Source of the DNA: an uncultured Clostridia bacterium
GTDB taxonomy: Bacteria > Bacillota > Clostridia > Lachnospirales > Bianqueaceae
Direction of reading: 5' to 3'
DNA length: 64,000 bases
Assembly: GCA_944376225.1 (NCBI GenBank)
Contig: CALWBZ010000031.1
Coordinates: 2,166-66,165 of the forward strand
Both the position numbers and the translations under genes were made by a program. The notes under the pieces are model-generated. The model did not search any database. It saw only the letters and a list, made by a program, of their open reading frames with translations, and was not told where the DNA came from. The number at the start of each line of letters is the position of its first letter. The first letter of the stretch is position 1. Shown in pieces: positions 9,172 through 18,984 of the stretch.

Positions 9172-10734
9172 TTACGCGTGCACCGGATCCGGGACGATCT
9201 CCCCGGAGGCGATCCTCGGAAAAGTCAATATGCTCTTAAACAAGTCTCCGTCGATATCCAGCGCCAGTCTCCCGTGCTGCAGCTGCGCCAGACTCTGGGC
9301 AATCGAGAGTCCCAGCCCGCTTCCTTCCGTAGACCTAGAAGCGTCCCCCCGCACGAATCGATTCATCAGCTCTTCCGCGGGAATGTTGAGGGGATATTGG
9401 GAGATATTTCGCTGAACCAGGCGGACTTCTCTCTCGTTCGCTTCCAGCGTCACATAGAAACGGGAACCGGGCATGGCGTATTTACAGACATTGCTCATGA
9501 GATTGTCTAAGATACGCCATAAGAGGCGTCCGTCCGCCATGATAAATACTCCTTCCTCCGGCTTTAATAAGACCGTGGTCAACTGACTCTTCTTCAACCG
9601 TTCATCGTATTCGCCTATGGCCTGTTCCAACACCAATCCCAGATCCGTCGGCTTCGCGTTGACCGCGATATTCCCCGTGGAAGCCTTCGACGCCTCCACC
9701 AAATCTTCCGTGAGTTTTTTGAGGCGGGCGGATTGCCTATCCAGCACCTCGATGTATTCCTGAGCTTTTTCATTGTCGCTCTCCTCTTTTTTCAGCAGAT
9801 CCACATAGTTGACGATGGATGTCAGCGGCGTCTTGATGTCGTGGGAAACATTCGTAATCAGCTCCGTTTTCAGCCTTTCGCTCTTCATCTTCTGTTCCAC
9901 GGCCCTGGAAATCCCTTGACGAATACTGTTTAGGTTTTCTCCATGCTCTCGCAATGCCGGGAACATATGCCTGGTATTGATTCGATACTGCAGGTTTCCC
10001 TTCGAAATCTCCATTCCCGCTTCCTTTAATCGGCGCATCTGATAGACCAAGAAAACCAAAACCGCCGATATGAGGATTTTATCCACCAGGAAATAAAAGG
10101 GATAAAAACACAGGATCCATTCAAAAATTCCCCAGGCGATAATCCCCACCGTCCATTTCCATACAAAAGGAATACAATGAATCAACTGACGCGTCAAGCG
10201 CAGGATTCGGAACAACAAAGAATTTCTCCATAGCGTATGGGTCTTATACCGTGTGGCGATGGTGAGAAAGAGGGAAAGCACATTTAACACCATCGCTATA
10301 TAGACCAACGTCCCAAACACCAGAAGGATGGGGATCGAATAACTCTCTATGACCATGTTCGCGAATACGCAAAAAATCACAAACAACGTGATCTCGATAA
10401 ATAGCATGACCTCCAGGGGAATCCGATCCAGGCTGTTTCGCTCTATCCGGTCGCTGTTTTTCCGATGGCCCGCGCTGATCATCAAGAAGATCAGGAGCAA
10501 GATCGCGCATAGGATACTGACCAGTAAAACAATGATGACGACATACCGATAATCAAACAATGTCATCAGCCAGACTTCACCCATGGCAAAAATGATATCC
10601 CATGTTGTCTCATATAAATCCAGATAATAGGCCATATATGTGAGAATTGCACTAATTAACGCAATACAACACATCAGCACAAAAATCACGATGCCCGTGA
10701 TTTTTGCCGCCAAACAGTGTGTCAGCTGGTTCAT
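9172..10734 (-). CDS. sensor histidine kinase (multi-TM N-terminus)
   Basis: H-box SHDIKTPLTSI, N-box LMSNVCKYA and G-box GSGLGLSIAQS. Confidence 0.85.
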   Translation of the reverse strand: MNQLTHCLAAKITGIVIFVLMCCIALISAILTYMAYYLDLYETTWDIIFAMGEVWLMTLFDYRYVVIIVLLVSILCAILLLIFLMISAGHRKNSDRIERNSLDRIPLEVMLFIEITLFVIFCVFANMVIESYSIPILLVFGTLVYIAMVLNVLSLFLTIATRYKTHTLWRNSLLFRILRLTRQLIHCIPFVWKWTVGIIAWGIFEWILCFYPFYFLVDKILISAVLVFLVYQMRRLKEAGMEISKGNLQYRINTRHMFPALREHGENLNSIRQGISRAVEQKMKSERLKTELITNVSHDIKTPLTSIVNYVDLLKKEESDNEKAQEYIEVLDRQSARLKKLTEDLVEASKASTGNIAVNAKPTDLGLVLEQAIGEYDERLKKSQLTTVLLKPEEGVFIMADGRLLWRILDNLMSNVCKYAMPGSRFYVTLEANEREVRLVQRNISQYPLNIPAEELMNRFVRGDASRSTEGSGLGLSIAQSLAQLQHGRLALDIDGDLFKSILTFPRIASGEIVPDPVHA

Positions 10735-11429
10735 TAAACCGCTCCTTCCATCTTATACCCCTGTCCCCAAACCACTTTCAGATATTGGGGTTCTGCGGGA
10801 TTAATCTCCAGCTTCTCCCGCAGATGGCGGATATGGACCGCCACCGTGTTCTCAGCTCCGTAGGGCGTGTCTTTCCACACCCGGGCATAAATCTCCCTGG
10901 GAGAAAAAACCTGTCCCGGATGTTCCATGAGAAAACGAAGGATATCGTATTCCCTGGGAGTCAGACTCACCGGTTCATCGTTCAAGGTGACTTTCTTCGT
11001 CTTATCATCCATCACGATCGGACCGATCTGCAAGCGACTTTCCTGAATCGCTCCGCCCCCCAACTGCATATAACGCCGCAGCTGGGAACGCACGCGAGCC
11101 AAAAGTTCTACCGGATTAAAGGGCTTTGTAATATAATCGTCAGCCCCCACATTGAGCCCCAGAACCTTGTCCGTATCTTCGCTTTTCGCGGTAAGCAAGA
11201 TCACCGGCACATTGGATGTCTGTCTCATCTGCGCCATGGCCGAGATTCCGTCCATCACCGGCATCATGATATCCATCAATACCAAGTGAATATCATGGGT
11301 TTCCAGCACCTTAAGCGCCTTCTGCCCGTTTTCCGCCTCATGTACCTGATATCCCTCCGCCTCCAGATAAATCCGCAGCGCGTTCACGATATCTTTCTCG
11401 TCGTCACACACCAGAATATGATATGTCAA
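10734..11429 (-). CDS. OmpR/PhoB-family response regulator
   Basis: Receiver domain (ILVCDDE...DLVLMDIMMP) plus winged-helix (LTPREYDILRFL). TTG 11429 lies 8 nt after AGGAGG and is preferred over ATG 11459. Confidence 0.85.
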   Translation of the reverse strand: MTYHILVCDDEKDIVNALRIYLEAEGYQVHEAENGQKALKVLETHDIHLVLMDIMMPVMDGISAMAQMRQTSNVPVILLTAKSEDTDKVLGLNVGADDYITKPFNPVELLARVRSQLRRYMQLGGGAIQESRLQIGPIVMDDKTKKVTLNDEPVSLTPREYDILRFLMEHPGQVFSPREIYARVWKDTPYGAENTVAVHIRHLREKLEINPAEPQYLKVVWGQGYKMEGAV

Positions 11430-13299
11430 TTGCTTTCCCTCCTTTGAATGATGTCCCATTCTCTGTTTCCGAACCGTTCAGAAGCATCCGAACCCATGTA
11501 TGAATCCATTGATCGTCTCCGGGCGCGGAAAGGATGTATTCCGCCTGATACGCCTCGTCCGTCACGATGGAATCCACTTTCATCTTCTTCAGTTTTCGAA
11601 TCTCCTCCTCCTGATTGACGGTCCATACATATAAAGGCTTTTTCAGAGTACGCAGTACACTGACGAGCTTTGGGGTAACGAAGGAAGCTTCCACACTGTA
11701 AATGTCTACTGCGTCCAACGTATAGAGTTTACCATATGCGATAAAAGTAATCAACTGTGTTGTGAGCTCTGGATTCAATTCCTTGCTCTTTTTCAGCACA
11801 TCATAATTCATAGAGGCCAGGATGCACTGTTCCGTCACATCCTTTTCTTCGATCATTTCCACGACTTGTTCCACCAACCCCTCTTCGTGTCCGTTTGGCT
11901 TAATCTCGATGACAAGCTGAAACCAGGGTATCGTATGAATATAATCCAGAACCTCTTCTAATGTGCTGACCTTCGTACCTTCCCATTCTTCCCCGCAATA
12001 AGAACCTACATCATATGTCAGGGCCTCTTCATAATCCACGTCCCATACGTTTCTGTCCTTCCCGGCGACACGCTTGAAATTGCTGTCATGCATAAGAATC
12101 ACCGTTCCGTCCTTAAGCTGCTGCACATCGATCTCCGCGACGGAAATGACATTTTCCGAAACCAAACGCTTTAAGGACACCAGATTATTCTCGGGAAAGC
12201 CCTTTACACTTCCTCTATGGGCGCAGACAGAAGTCGGCTGCATCCACTGACCGCTGACCCCCGAAAAATACGCGCAGAATCCGACCAGGGCCATGATCGC
12301 GCCAAATCGGATGACACTTCCGTGCCGGCTGCGTTTTACGTAAGCAGGCATAGCCGGTACCGTAATAGAAGGATTCTTTTTCTGACGAATATAGTAATAG
12401 GCCGCCGAGATCCAGGCGTATCGCGCCAATACCTGTATCCCGTCCGTGAGAACCGCCTTCCATTTTCCCACCAGATCATACCAGCTCCAGAAAACAGACG
12501 TCTCATAAGCGGCTCCGCAAAACGCCTTAATCAACAATATGGATATAAAAAGAAACAAAAAGTACAAAATGTATCCGATCACCGACAGGAACAGGCTCCA
12601 GGAAAAATATACGAAAATAATCCGCAGCATACGGCGCTTCACCATCAGGTGACTGCACAGACAGGCCTTTCTAAAATCTTTTCCTCGCAGCGTATATTCA
12701 TGAATGCTGAAGATCCAGCGAAAACAGATGACGGCCGCCAATACCATCAATACAAGATAAAGAATATGGGACGTGTTGATCGACGTCACATACTCGGAAA
12801 CGAATTCGGGAATCTGAAGGGAGGAAAACAGACTGGAGGCCAGTGTCAGATTCGTCAGCGGAATGACAAGAGCGACGAAGAGCAATAGGCAGAGATTCTG
12901 CGGCGACCCGATGCGTAAAGCCTGTCTCCAGGAACGCCGCAAAAGCTCCCATAGCGTTATCTTCTCTTTCCGGCGGGCGGCATCGAAATAGTGGATAATC
13001 ACCGTTATCTCTATAAATTCATAAAACACCATGACCAATCCCAGCAAAAGAAACAGCAGGATACACCAAGGTTTACGCAGCACCGACAACAGGTTAAACT
13101 GACTGAGCACCAACACGCCGCTTTGCTCAATCCCCCATTGTAATACCATCTTGATGAGGGGAGTTAATATCGTGAGGGACAGTAGGCGATAGAGAAATTC
13201 AAAAAGAAGGAGCGTCTGGGGATCCCAACGGATCAGCCGAAACACCATCTGAAAAGTAGCTCGTCCATCCCGAAACAGCTTTTTCAAACGAAACTTCAC
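11404..13299 (-). CDS. membrane protein with C-terminal glycerophosphodiester phosphodiesterase (GDPD) domain
   Basis: About 7 predicted TM helices, then HRGS...PENN...EIDVQQLKDGTVILMHD, a typical GDPD catalytic core. Confidence 0.8.
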   Translation of the reverse strand: MKFRLKKLFRDGRATFQMVFRLIRWDPQTLLLFEFLYRLLSLTILTPLIKMVLQWGIEQSGVLVLSQFNLLSVLRKPWCILLFLLLGLVMVFYEFIEITVIIHYFDAARRKEKITLWELLRRSWRQALRIGSPQNLCLLLFVALVIPLTNLTLASSLFSSLQIPEFVSEYVTSINTSHILYLVLMVLAAVICFRWIFSIHEYTLRGKDFRKACLCSHLMVKRRMLRIIFVYFSWSLFLSVIGYILYFLFLFISILLIKAFCGAAYETSVFWSWYDLVGKWKAVLTDGIQVLARYAWISAAYYYIRQKKNPSITVPAMPAYVKRSRHGSVIRFGAIMALVGFCAYFSGVSGQWMQPTSVCAHRGSVKGFPENNLVSLKRLVSENVISVAEIDVQQLKDGTVILMHDSNFKRVAGKDRNVWDVDYEEALTYDVGSYCGEEWEGTKVSTLEEVLDYIHTIPWFQLVIEIKPNGHEEGLVEQVVEMIEEKDVTEQCILASMNYDVLKKSKELNPELTTQLITFIAYGKLYTLDAVDIYSVEASFVTPKLVSVLRTLKKPLYVWTVNQEEEIRKLKKMKVDSIVTDEAYQAEYILSAPGDDQWIHTWVRMLLNGSETENGTSFKGGKAIDISYSGV

Positions 13300-13465
13300 G
13301 CGGCTCCCTCCTTTTCCATGATAGCCCCATTGTATGCGATTCCTTTTGAAATGTCAATGAAGGAAACCCTTACAAATCATTAGAATTCCTTAATTTTTTC
13401 TTTTCTTTCCTCTTCTTTTTTGCTATAATCATTCTATTCCCATGAATCTAAGGAAGGAGCCCATC

Positions 13466-14521
13466 ATGGTCATTGTCTTATCCGTTTTTTTCCTGTTATG
13501 CTTGAGTTTCGGTCTTTTTTTCCTCGTCGCTCACCTGATTCTGCGGCGAATCTTCGGGGGACGCTGCGAGGGCAATCCCAACGTGACTTATTTTCAGGCT
13601 TCGGATTTTCCCGGCCTAAAAGCCGAAAGCGTATCGTTCCCCTCCAATCGGGGGCAGATGCTGCGCGGTTTTTTATATTCTATGGACCTTCCTTCCTATA
13701 AAGGGATCGTCGTGTTCGTACATGGCATGGGGGGCGGACATACCGCTTATATGACAGAAATTTGCGCGCTGGCCGACGCGGGCTATCTTGTGCTGGGATA
13801 CGATGGCACAGGCACCATGCTCTCCGACGGAGCCGAACTGGGAGGATTTCCCCAGGCCTTTCTCGATCTGAAACACGCGGTTTCCTTCCTGCGAACCTCT
13901 CCTCTTTATCGCGATTATCCTCTGTTTCTCATGGGACATTCCTGGGGAGCTTATACGGTTTGTAATTTTCCCCACCTTCATGAAAAGATCCAGGGGGCGG
14001 TCGCCCTCTCTCCCTTCGACAACATGGCCAGCCTCCTCGTCCTTCTCGTGCAGAGCCAGACCGGAAAACGCCTTTCTTTTCTAAAGCCCTTCTTTCTTTT
14101 ATCTATGATGATCGATTATCGGGGACTGGCGCTGTATCGTCCCACCTATTCCCTTCAGGAGGCGGATTGTCCGGTGCTTTTGCTGCACGGTGATCAGGAT
14201 CCGGTGGTTCCTCTGTCGGAAAGCCCGCTGGCCTTTCATGAGGTTTTAGATAAGAACCCGCTAGTGCAAACGCGAATATGCCCCGGCAAAAAGCATAACG
14301 TCTATGCCTCCACCAGGGCAGAACAATATATGTCCCAGGTTTTTTCTTCCTACGAAAAAATAGAGAAGGAATATGAACAGCAGGTTCCTCTCGAGATTCG
14401 TACCGAGTTTTTCGAGAAAGTTGACTTTCGTCGAATGACCGAAGAAGACCCCGCCGTAATGTCCCTCCTCATTGGTTTTCTGGATCGATGCCTTCCGGAA
14501 GCGCCGGAAAAAGAACGCTGA
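13466..14521 (+). CDS. alpha/beta hydrolase (N-terminal TM anchor)
   Basis: ATG 13466 follows GGAAGGAG. Nucleophile elbow GHSWG and LLLHGDQD motif. Confidence 0.75.
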   Translation: MVIVLSVFFLLCLSFGLFFLVAHLILRRIFGGRCEGNPNVTYFQASDFPGLKAESVSFPSNRGQMLRGFLYSMDLPSYKGIVVFVHGMGGGHTAYMTEICALADAGYLVLGYDGTGTMLSDGAELGGFPQAFLDLKHAVSFLRTSPLYRDYPLFLMGHSWGAYTVCNFPHLHEKIQGAVALSPFDNMASLLVLLVQSQTGKRLSFLKPFFLLSMMIDYRGLALYRPTYSLQEADCPVLLLHGDQDPVVPLSESPLAFHEVLDKNPLVQTRICPGKKHNVYASTRAEQYMSQVFSSYEKIEKEYEQQVPLEIRTEFFEKVDFRRMTEEDPAVMSLLIGFLDRCLPEAPEKER

Positions 14522-15830
14522 TACAAGTGCCCTCTCCCAGGGCACTTTTCATTTGGATCTGAGCGCCATGCTGGGAGACGATATGTTTCACGATGGCAAG
14601 GCCCAGTCCCGTCCCTCCGGTTTCCCTGGATCTGCCTTTATCCACGCGATAGAATCGTTCAAAAATCCGCCTCTGATGCTCCTCGGGAATCCCGATCCCC
14701 GTATCCGCTACTTCCAGGATCGTTCCCCGGGTCTTTGGATCTTCCCGGATCGTAATCGTGACCTTTCCTTGGGGCTTGTTGTATCGTATGCCGTTATCAC
14801 ACAGATTCGCCACCAGTTCTTCCAGCATCCCCTCTTCTCCCCATACCAGACGGCTTTCTCCCTGTAAAGACAGGTTTACCTCATGCTTTTTCGCGAGAAG
14901 TTCCGCGGATTCTATGCATCTTAACGCTACCTGGTACAGATTCACCGGCCGAAGATCCTTCACCATCTCCGGTTCATCCAGACGAGACAGCTCCAGTATG
15001 TCCCCAATGAGCGTCAACATGCGTCCCGCTTCTTTATGAATCTTCTCCGCGCATCCCGGCACGTCTTTATCTTTCACCATGCCGTTTTCCATCATCTCCG
15101 CGTATCCGGAAATCGTCGTTAAAGGGGTTTTGAGCTCATGGGATACATTCGCCGTAAATTCCTGCCGCACCTTTTCCAGTTCGCTCGTCCTCTTCTGATA
15201 AGAGGTTAAAGCCTCGGACAGTGGCTTCAATTCTTTATACAAAGAAAGCTCTCCCACATGATCGAGCTGTTTTGCCATCGTTTCCACGGGTTCCATCATT
15301 TTACGGGTCAAAAGCGCCGAAATAACAACGGATACCAAAACGATCAGGCATCCCACGCCAAATAATCCCCAGAATACCCCCGTATATAAAGAAAAAATAC
15401 TCTCTGTCTCCAGGGAAACCCTTAAAATATTTCCGTCCTCCAGCAATCGCGCGTAATAGTAGGTATCCATAGAGAGCGTCATAGATTCCCGGTGAGCGTC
15501 CCCTGTCCCCCCTTCCAAGGCTTCTATGACCTCTGGACGTTCCAGATGGTTATCCATAACATCCGCGTTGGCGTCGCTTTCATAAAGTACATCTCCCAAG
15601 GGAGAAATCAAGGTGATCCGCATGTTATATTCACTGAATCGTTCCAGATTCGTGTCATGGTCCTGTTCGTAATCGTCGCACAGAATATCCGCCATCACTT
15701 CCATATCCTGCTGTACATGATGAATATAGGCGCCGGAGAGGCTGATTACGCAGATCACCGCCGTCACAACCATGGTGATGGCCCCCATGCCGATCAGGCT
15801 CTTATGGATTCGCGATTTCATGCTGTTCAT
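14469..15830 (-). CDS. sensor histidine kinase (PhoR-like architecture)
   Basis: Two TM helices around a sensor loop. H-box SHELKTPLTTI and G-box GTGLGLAIVKH. Confidence 0.85.
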   Translation of the reverse strand: MNSMKSRIHKSLIGMGAITMVVTAVICVISLSGAYIHHVQQDMEVMADILCDDYEQDHDTNLERFSEYNMRITLISPLGDVLYESDANADVMDNHLERPEVIEALEGGTGDAHRESMTLSMDTYYYARLLEDGNILRVSLETESIFSLYTGVFWGLFGVGCLIVLVSVVISALLTRKMMEPVETMAKQLDHVGELSLYKELKPLSEALTSYQKRTSELEKVRQEFTANVSHELKTPLTTISGYAEMMENGMVKDKDVPGCAEKIHKEAGRMLTLIGDILELSRLDEPEMVKDLRPVNLYQVALRCIESAELLAKKHEVNLSLQGESRLVWGEEGMLEELVANLCDNGIRYNKPQGKVTITIREDPKTRGTILEVADTGIGIPEEHQRRIFERFYRVDKGRSRETGGTGLGLAIVKHIVSQHGAQIQMKSALGEGTCISVLFPALPEGIDPENQ

Positions 15831-15852
15831 CCCACTCTTCTCCTTTTTAGAA

Positions 15853-16560
15853 TTATAATAAATCAGTATCTTCTGCCTTATAACCCACGCCGCGCACCGT
15901 TTTAATGTACTTTCCGCCCTCTCCCAGTTTCTGACGAAGTGTTTTAATGTGTACGTCCACCGTACGAGTGCCTCCGTCGAACTGGTACCCCCAGATACGG
16001 TCCAGGAGTTTCTCCCTGGACATGACCACTCCCGGATTTTCCAATAACAGTTTCAAAAGCTCGTATTCCTTATACGTAAGCTCGATCACTTCTCCTCCCA
16101 CCGTTACCTGACGGCGTTCGTCCCTCATCTCGATCGACTGACAACGCAGGATAGAATCCCCATGATCCGTCTGTTTTCGGTTTTGCTCCGCCCGTCGAAG
16201 CAGCGCTCTCGACCGGGACACTAATTCCAAGACCCCAAAAGGTTTAGAAAGATAATCGTCCGCCCCCAGGTCCAGCCCCCGCACCTTATCCAGTTCCGTA
16301 TCTTTAGCCGTTACCATCATGACGGGGATCAGAGCCGTCTTAGGCGAGGCTCGCAGTATTTTCAGGATGGACAAACCATCCTCTCCCGCTAACATAATAT
16401 CTAAGATCACAAGCCCCGGCAGCTCCTCTTGGCAGGCCGCGAAAAATTCCCTGCCGCCCTCAAAACCCTTAGTGCGAAATCCGCTGTTTTCCAGAGCATA
16501 TTGTTCCATTCCCCGAATACTTTCATCGTCTTCTACGATATAGATCCACTCTGAACCCAT
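15853..16560 (-). CDS. OmpR/PhoB-family response regulator
   Basis: Receiver domain (IYIVEDDE...LVILDIML) plus winged-helix (LTYKEYELLKLL, VRGVGYK). Confidence 0.9.
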   Translation of the reverse strand: MGSEWIYIVEDDESIRGMEQYALENSGFRTKGFEGGREFFAACQEELPGLVILDIMLAGEDGLSILKILRASPKTALIPVMMVTAKDTELDKVRGLDLGADDYLSKPFGVLELVSRSRALLRRAEQNRKQTDHGDSILRCQSIEMRDERRQVTVGGEVIELTYKEYELLKLLLENPGVVMSREKLLDRIWGYQFDGGTRTVDVHIKTLRQKLGEGGKYIKTVRGVGYKAEDTDLL

Positions 16561-16653
16561 GATGCCTCCGTTCTCAATCCAGACTATATTTTATTCTGAA
16601 TTGCTCATAGTCCTTCCTATAACTATACTATCAATTTACCTATATGGATTTTT

Positions 16654-16709
16654 ATTTTACGTGAACTCCGTAAAATAGAAACAACGCTTCTGTAAAATCT
16701 AAGTAAAAT
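16654..16709 (-). promoter_or_regulatory. phased ATTTTAC repeats, candidate response-regulator binding sites
   Basis: The minus strand carries ATTTTAC at 16709-16703, 16698-16692 and 16676-16670 (spacings of 11 and 22 bp). An inverted copy lies at 16654-16660. All are about 95-150 nt upstream of the regulator start. Confidence 0.35.
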
Positions 16710-16729
16710 AAGGGGCGGGGAAAGACTCT

Positions 16730-17956
16730 TTATTCGGCGCTTATTTTCGCTACTCTCACCACATATTGATGCCCATAGTCAAATCCGGTAGCATGGAAGG
16801 TGAACATCCCTTGTTCCGCGTCTTGCATGAAAGAAAGCTCCTGTCCGTTATCCATCCACCGTATCTTTTTGACTTTCTGATGAATGCCCTGGAAGGTTGC
16901 CAGACGGCTTCCTCTTTTTCCTACCGTGACGTGGCTGTTTCCCGAGATTCCAAGGTTAAAGACAAAAAGGTAGATCGAACCGTCTTGACCAATGAGGCCA
17001 AAATCCTCTCCTTCTCCCAGAATACCGGCGGGACGTCCGTGGTAGACGGCCTCTCCGAACAGATCCATCCATTCCCCCATACAAAGGGTCAACGCTTCCG
17101 ACATCTTGGGAATCGCCCCCTGTCCCATCGGGCCAATATTAAGCAGCAGATTCGCGCCGGCTTTCCGGCATAAGCATAATGTGCGAATACACTCTTCCGG
17201 AGATTTGTAATGTAGATCTCCCTTTCCGTATCCCCAATGATCATTCATGGTCAGGCACATCTCGGAAGCCACATATTTCCCCTGCTGTTCTCTCAATACG
17301 GGCATTCCCTGCTCAAAGGTCACGCTGTCCACTTCCGGATGGGACACGCGGCCCCGATCGTCTAGTCCCGTGTTATTGATAATCATGGCATCCGGCTGAT
17401 ACCGACGAATCATGCCGTATAGACGATCCAACTTCCAATCCGCGTCGGGTTTACTCCAGTTCCCGTCGAACCAAAGACCGCCTATTTTTCCGTATTGTGT
17501 GCAAAGAACTTCCACGGACCGATATAAATAATCCAAATAAGCGTCAAAATCCTCTCGGAAGGAAGGTTGGTACCAATCCAAGGTGGTATGATAAAAAAGA
17601 GGGACGATTCCTTCCCGGCGGCACGCCCGTACATATTCTTCCACCAGATCTCTCCCCGCTGGGCTATGGGGTGCGTCGTAGTCGGACAATCCCCTCGTAT
17701 CATATAAAGAAAACCCTTCATGATGCCTCGTCGTCAAGACCATGTACCGGGCTCCTGCCTTCTTGGCAAGGCTTACCAGAGTTTCGGCTTTAAAATCCTC
17801 CGCAGTAAAGGTGGACATCAGTTTTTTATATTCTTCTATAGGGATCTGATCCTGATGGAGAATCCATTCTCCCCTTCCAATCTGGGAATACAGCCCCCAA
17901 TGCACAAAGATGCCAAAGGCCATCTCTTCAAACGCTTCGATTCTTTTCTCTTTCAT
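16730..17956 (-). CDS. alpha-L-fucosidase (GH29)
   Basis: FGIFVHWGLYS, HHEGF and WFDG motifs characteristic of GH29. Confidence 0.9.
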   Translation of the reverse strand: MKEKRIEAFEEMAFGIFVHWGLYSQIGRGEWILHQDQIPIEEYKKLMSTFTAEDFKAETLVSLAKKAGARYMVLTTRHHEGFSLYDTRGLSDYDAPHSPAGRDLVEEYVRACRREGIVPLFYHTTLDWYQPSFREDFDAYLDYLYRSVEVLCTQYGKIGGLWFDGNWSKPDADWKLDRLYGMIRRYQPDAMIINNTGLDDRGRVSHPEVDSVTFEQGMPVLREQQGKYVASEMCLTMNDHWGYGKGDLHYKSPEECIRTLCLCRKAGANLLLNIGPMGQGAIPKMSEALTLCMGEWMDLFGEAVYHGRPAGILGEGEDFGLIGQDGSIYLFVFNLGISGNSHVTVGKRGSRLATFQGIHQKVKKIRWMDNGQELSFMQDAEQGMFTFHATGFDYGHQYVVRVAKISAE

Positions 17957-18040
17957 CCAGATACACTCCTTTTCTCAGACTTCTCTCTTACTTTATCACA
18001 TGTAGAATCCCGAGGCAAGACTCTTTTGTTTTTTATGTAT

Positions 18041-18083
18041 GAAAAAGGATCTGCCGGTAACGGGAGACTCCCGCGGCAGATCC
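18041..18083 (-). terminator. intrinsic terminator after the HAD hydrolase gene
   Basis: GGATCTGCCG...CGGGAG-A-CTCCCG...CGGCAGATCC long stem, followed on the minus strand by TTTTTC. Confidence 0.65.
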
Positions 18084-18156
18084 AAAATAATGAGGGGGGT
18101 ATTCATTGATGCCGAATTTCCGCTTTCCGGCACACCCCTAGTTTGTCCCGTCTCCG

Positions 18157-18984
18157 TTAAAGTATGCCCTGTTTTTTCGCAAATCGAAAAATATCCGCTA
18201 CGGCTGCCTGATTATTATCCTTTTCCGATACATAATCCGCATCCTTTTGGATAAGATCGATGGCATTAGAAGGTACGGCGCCAAAGAAAGCGTTTTGAAC
18301 CATGCTTTTATCGTTCTCATTGTCTCCGATGCATAGGATCTCCTCTTGATCGATCTTCAAAAAAGCCGCGAGTCTGAGAAGGGCATTCCATTTTCCCGCG
18401 TCTCGATGCACGAATTCTAAGAGAAAAGCCGAAGAACGAAACATCTGCACATCCCTTGGCAGACGATTCTGAATCTCCTTCTGCAGCCAGATGAGCTGCT
18501 CCGGTTCTCCTAAATTATTAAAAAGCATTTTATACATAGGAGTATTCAGATATGGATCCAGCGAATCGACCTTAGTACACCGGCATCCCGAGAGTCTTTC
18601 ATATTGCCTGGTACACGGCAGATATCTCTCCACAAGAAACTCATTTCCCACATACAGGTGGGCATTGACATATTTCGAGTATTCTCGTCCGAGTTTTACT
18701 AACGCGGATACCGCTCCCTCCGGCAGACGGCAGACATTCCAGGGTTCTTCCCGGTTTCCTTCGTAAATGCAGGCCCCGTTGGAGGAAATATAATATTCCC
18801 CCTCTCGGTTAAACCCGAGCTCACTTACATATCGTTCCATGCTCTTTCGAGAACGTCCCGAACACAATACGACTCGTACCCCTTGGCTTCTGACTTCCTC
18901 AATGGCCAAACGATTCTCCCTAGGAATCTCTTTTTGATCGTTCAGAAGGGTTCCGTCCAGGTCCATGGCAATCAGCTTTATCAT
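18157..18984 (-). CDS. Cof-type HAD-IIB family hydrolase
   Basis: DLDGTLL motif I, SGRS motif II and GDNEND motif IV. Confidence 0.85.
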   Translation of the reverse strand: MIKLIAMDLDGTLLNDQKEIPRENRLAIEEVRSQGVRVVLCSGRSRKSMERYVSELGFNREGEYYISSNGACIYEGNREEPWNVCRLPEGAVSALVKLGREYSKYVNAHLYVGNEFLVERYLPCTRQYERLSGCRCTKVDSLDPYLNTPMYKMLFNNLGEPEQLIWLQKEIQNRLPRDVQMFRSSAFLLEFVHRDAGKWNALLRLAAFLKIDQEEILCIGDNENDKSMVQNAFFGAVPSNAIDLIQKDADYVSEKDNNQAAVADIFRFAKKQGIL

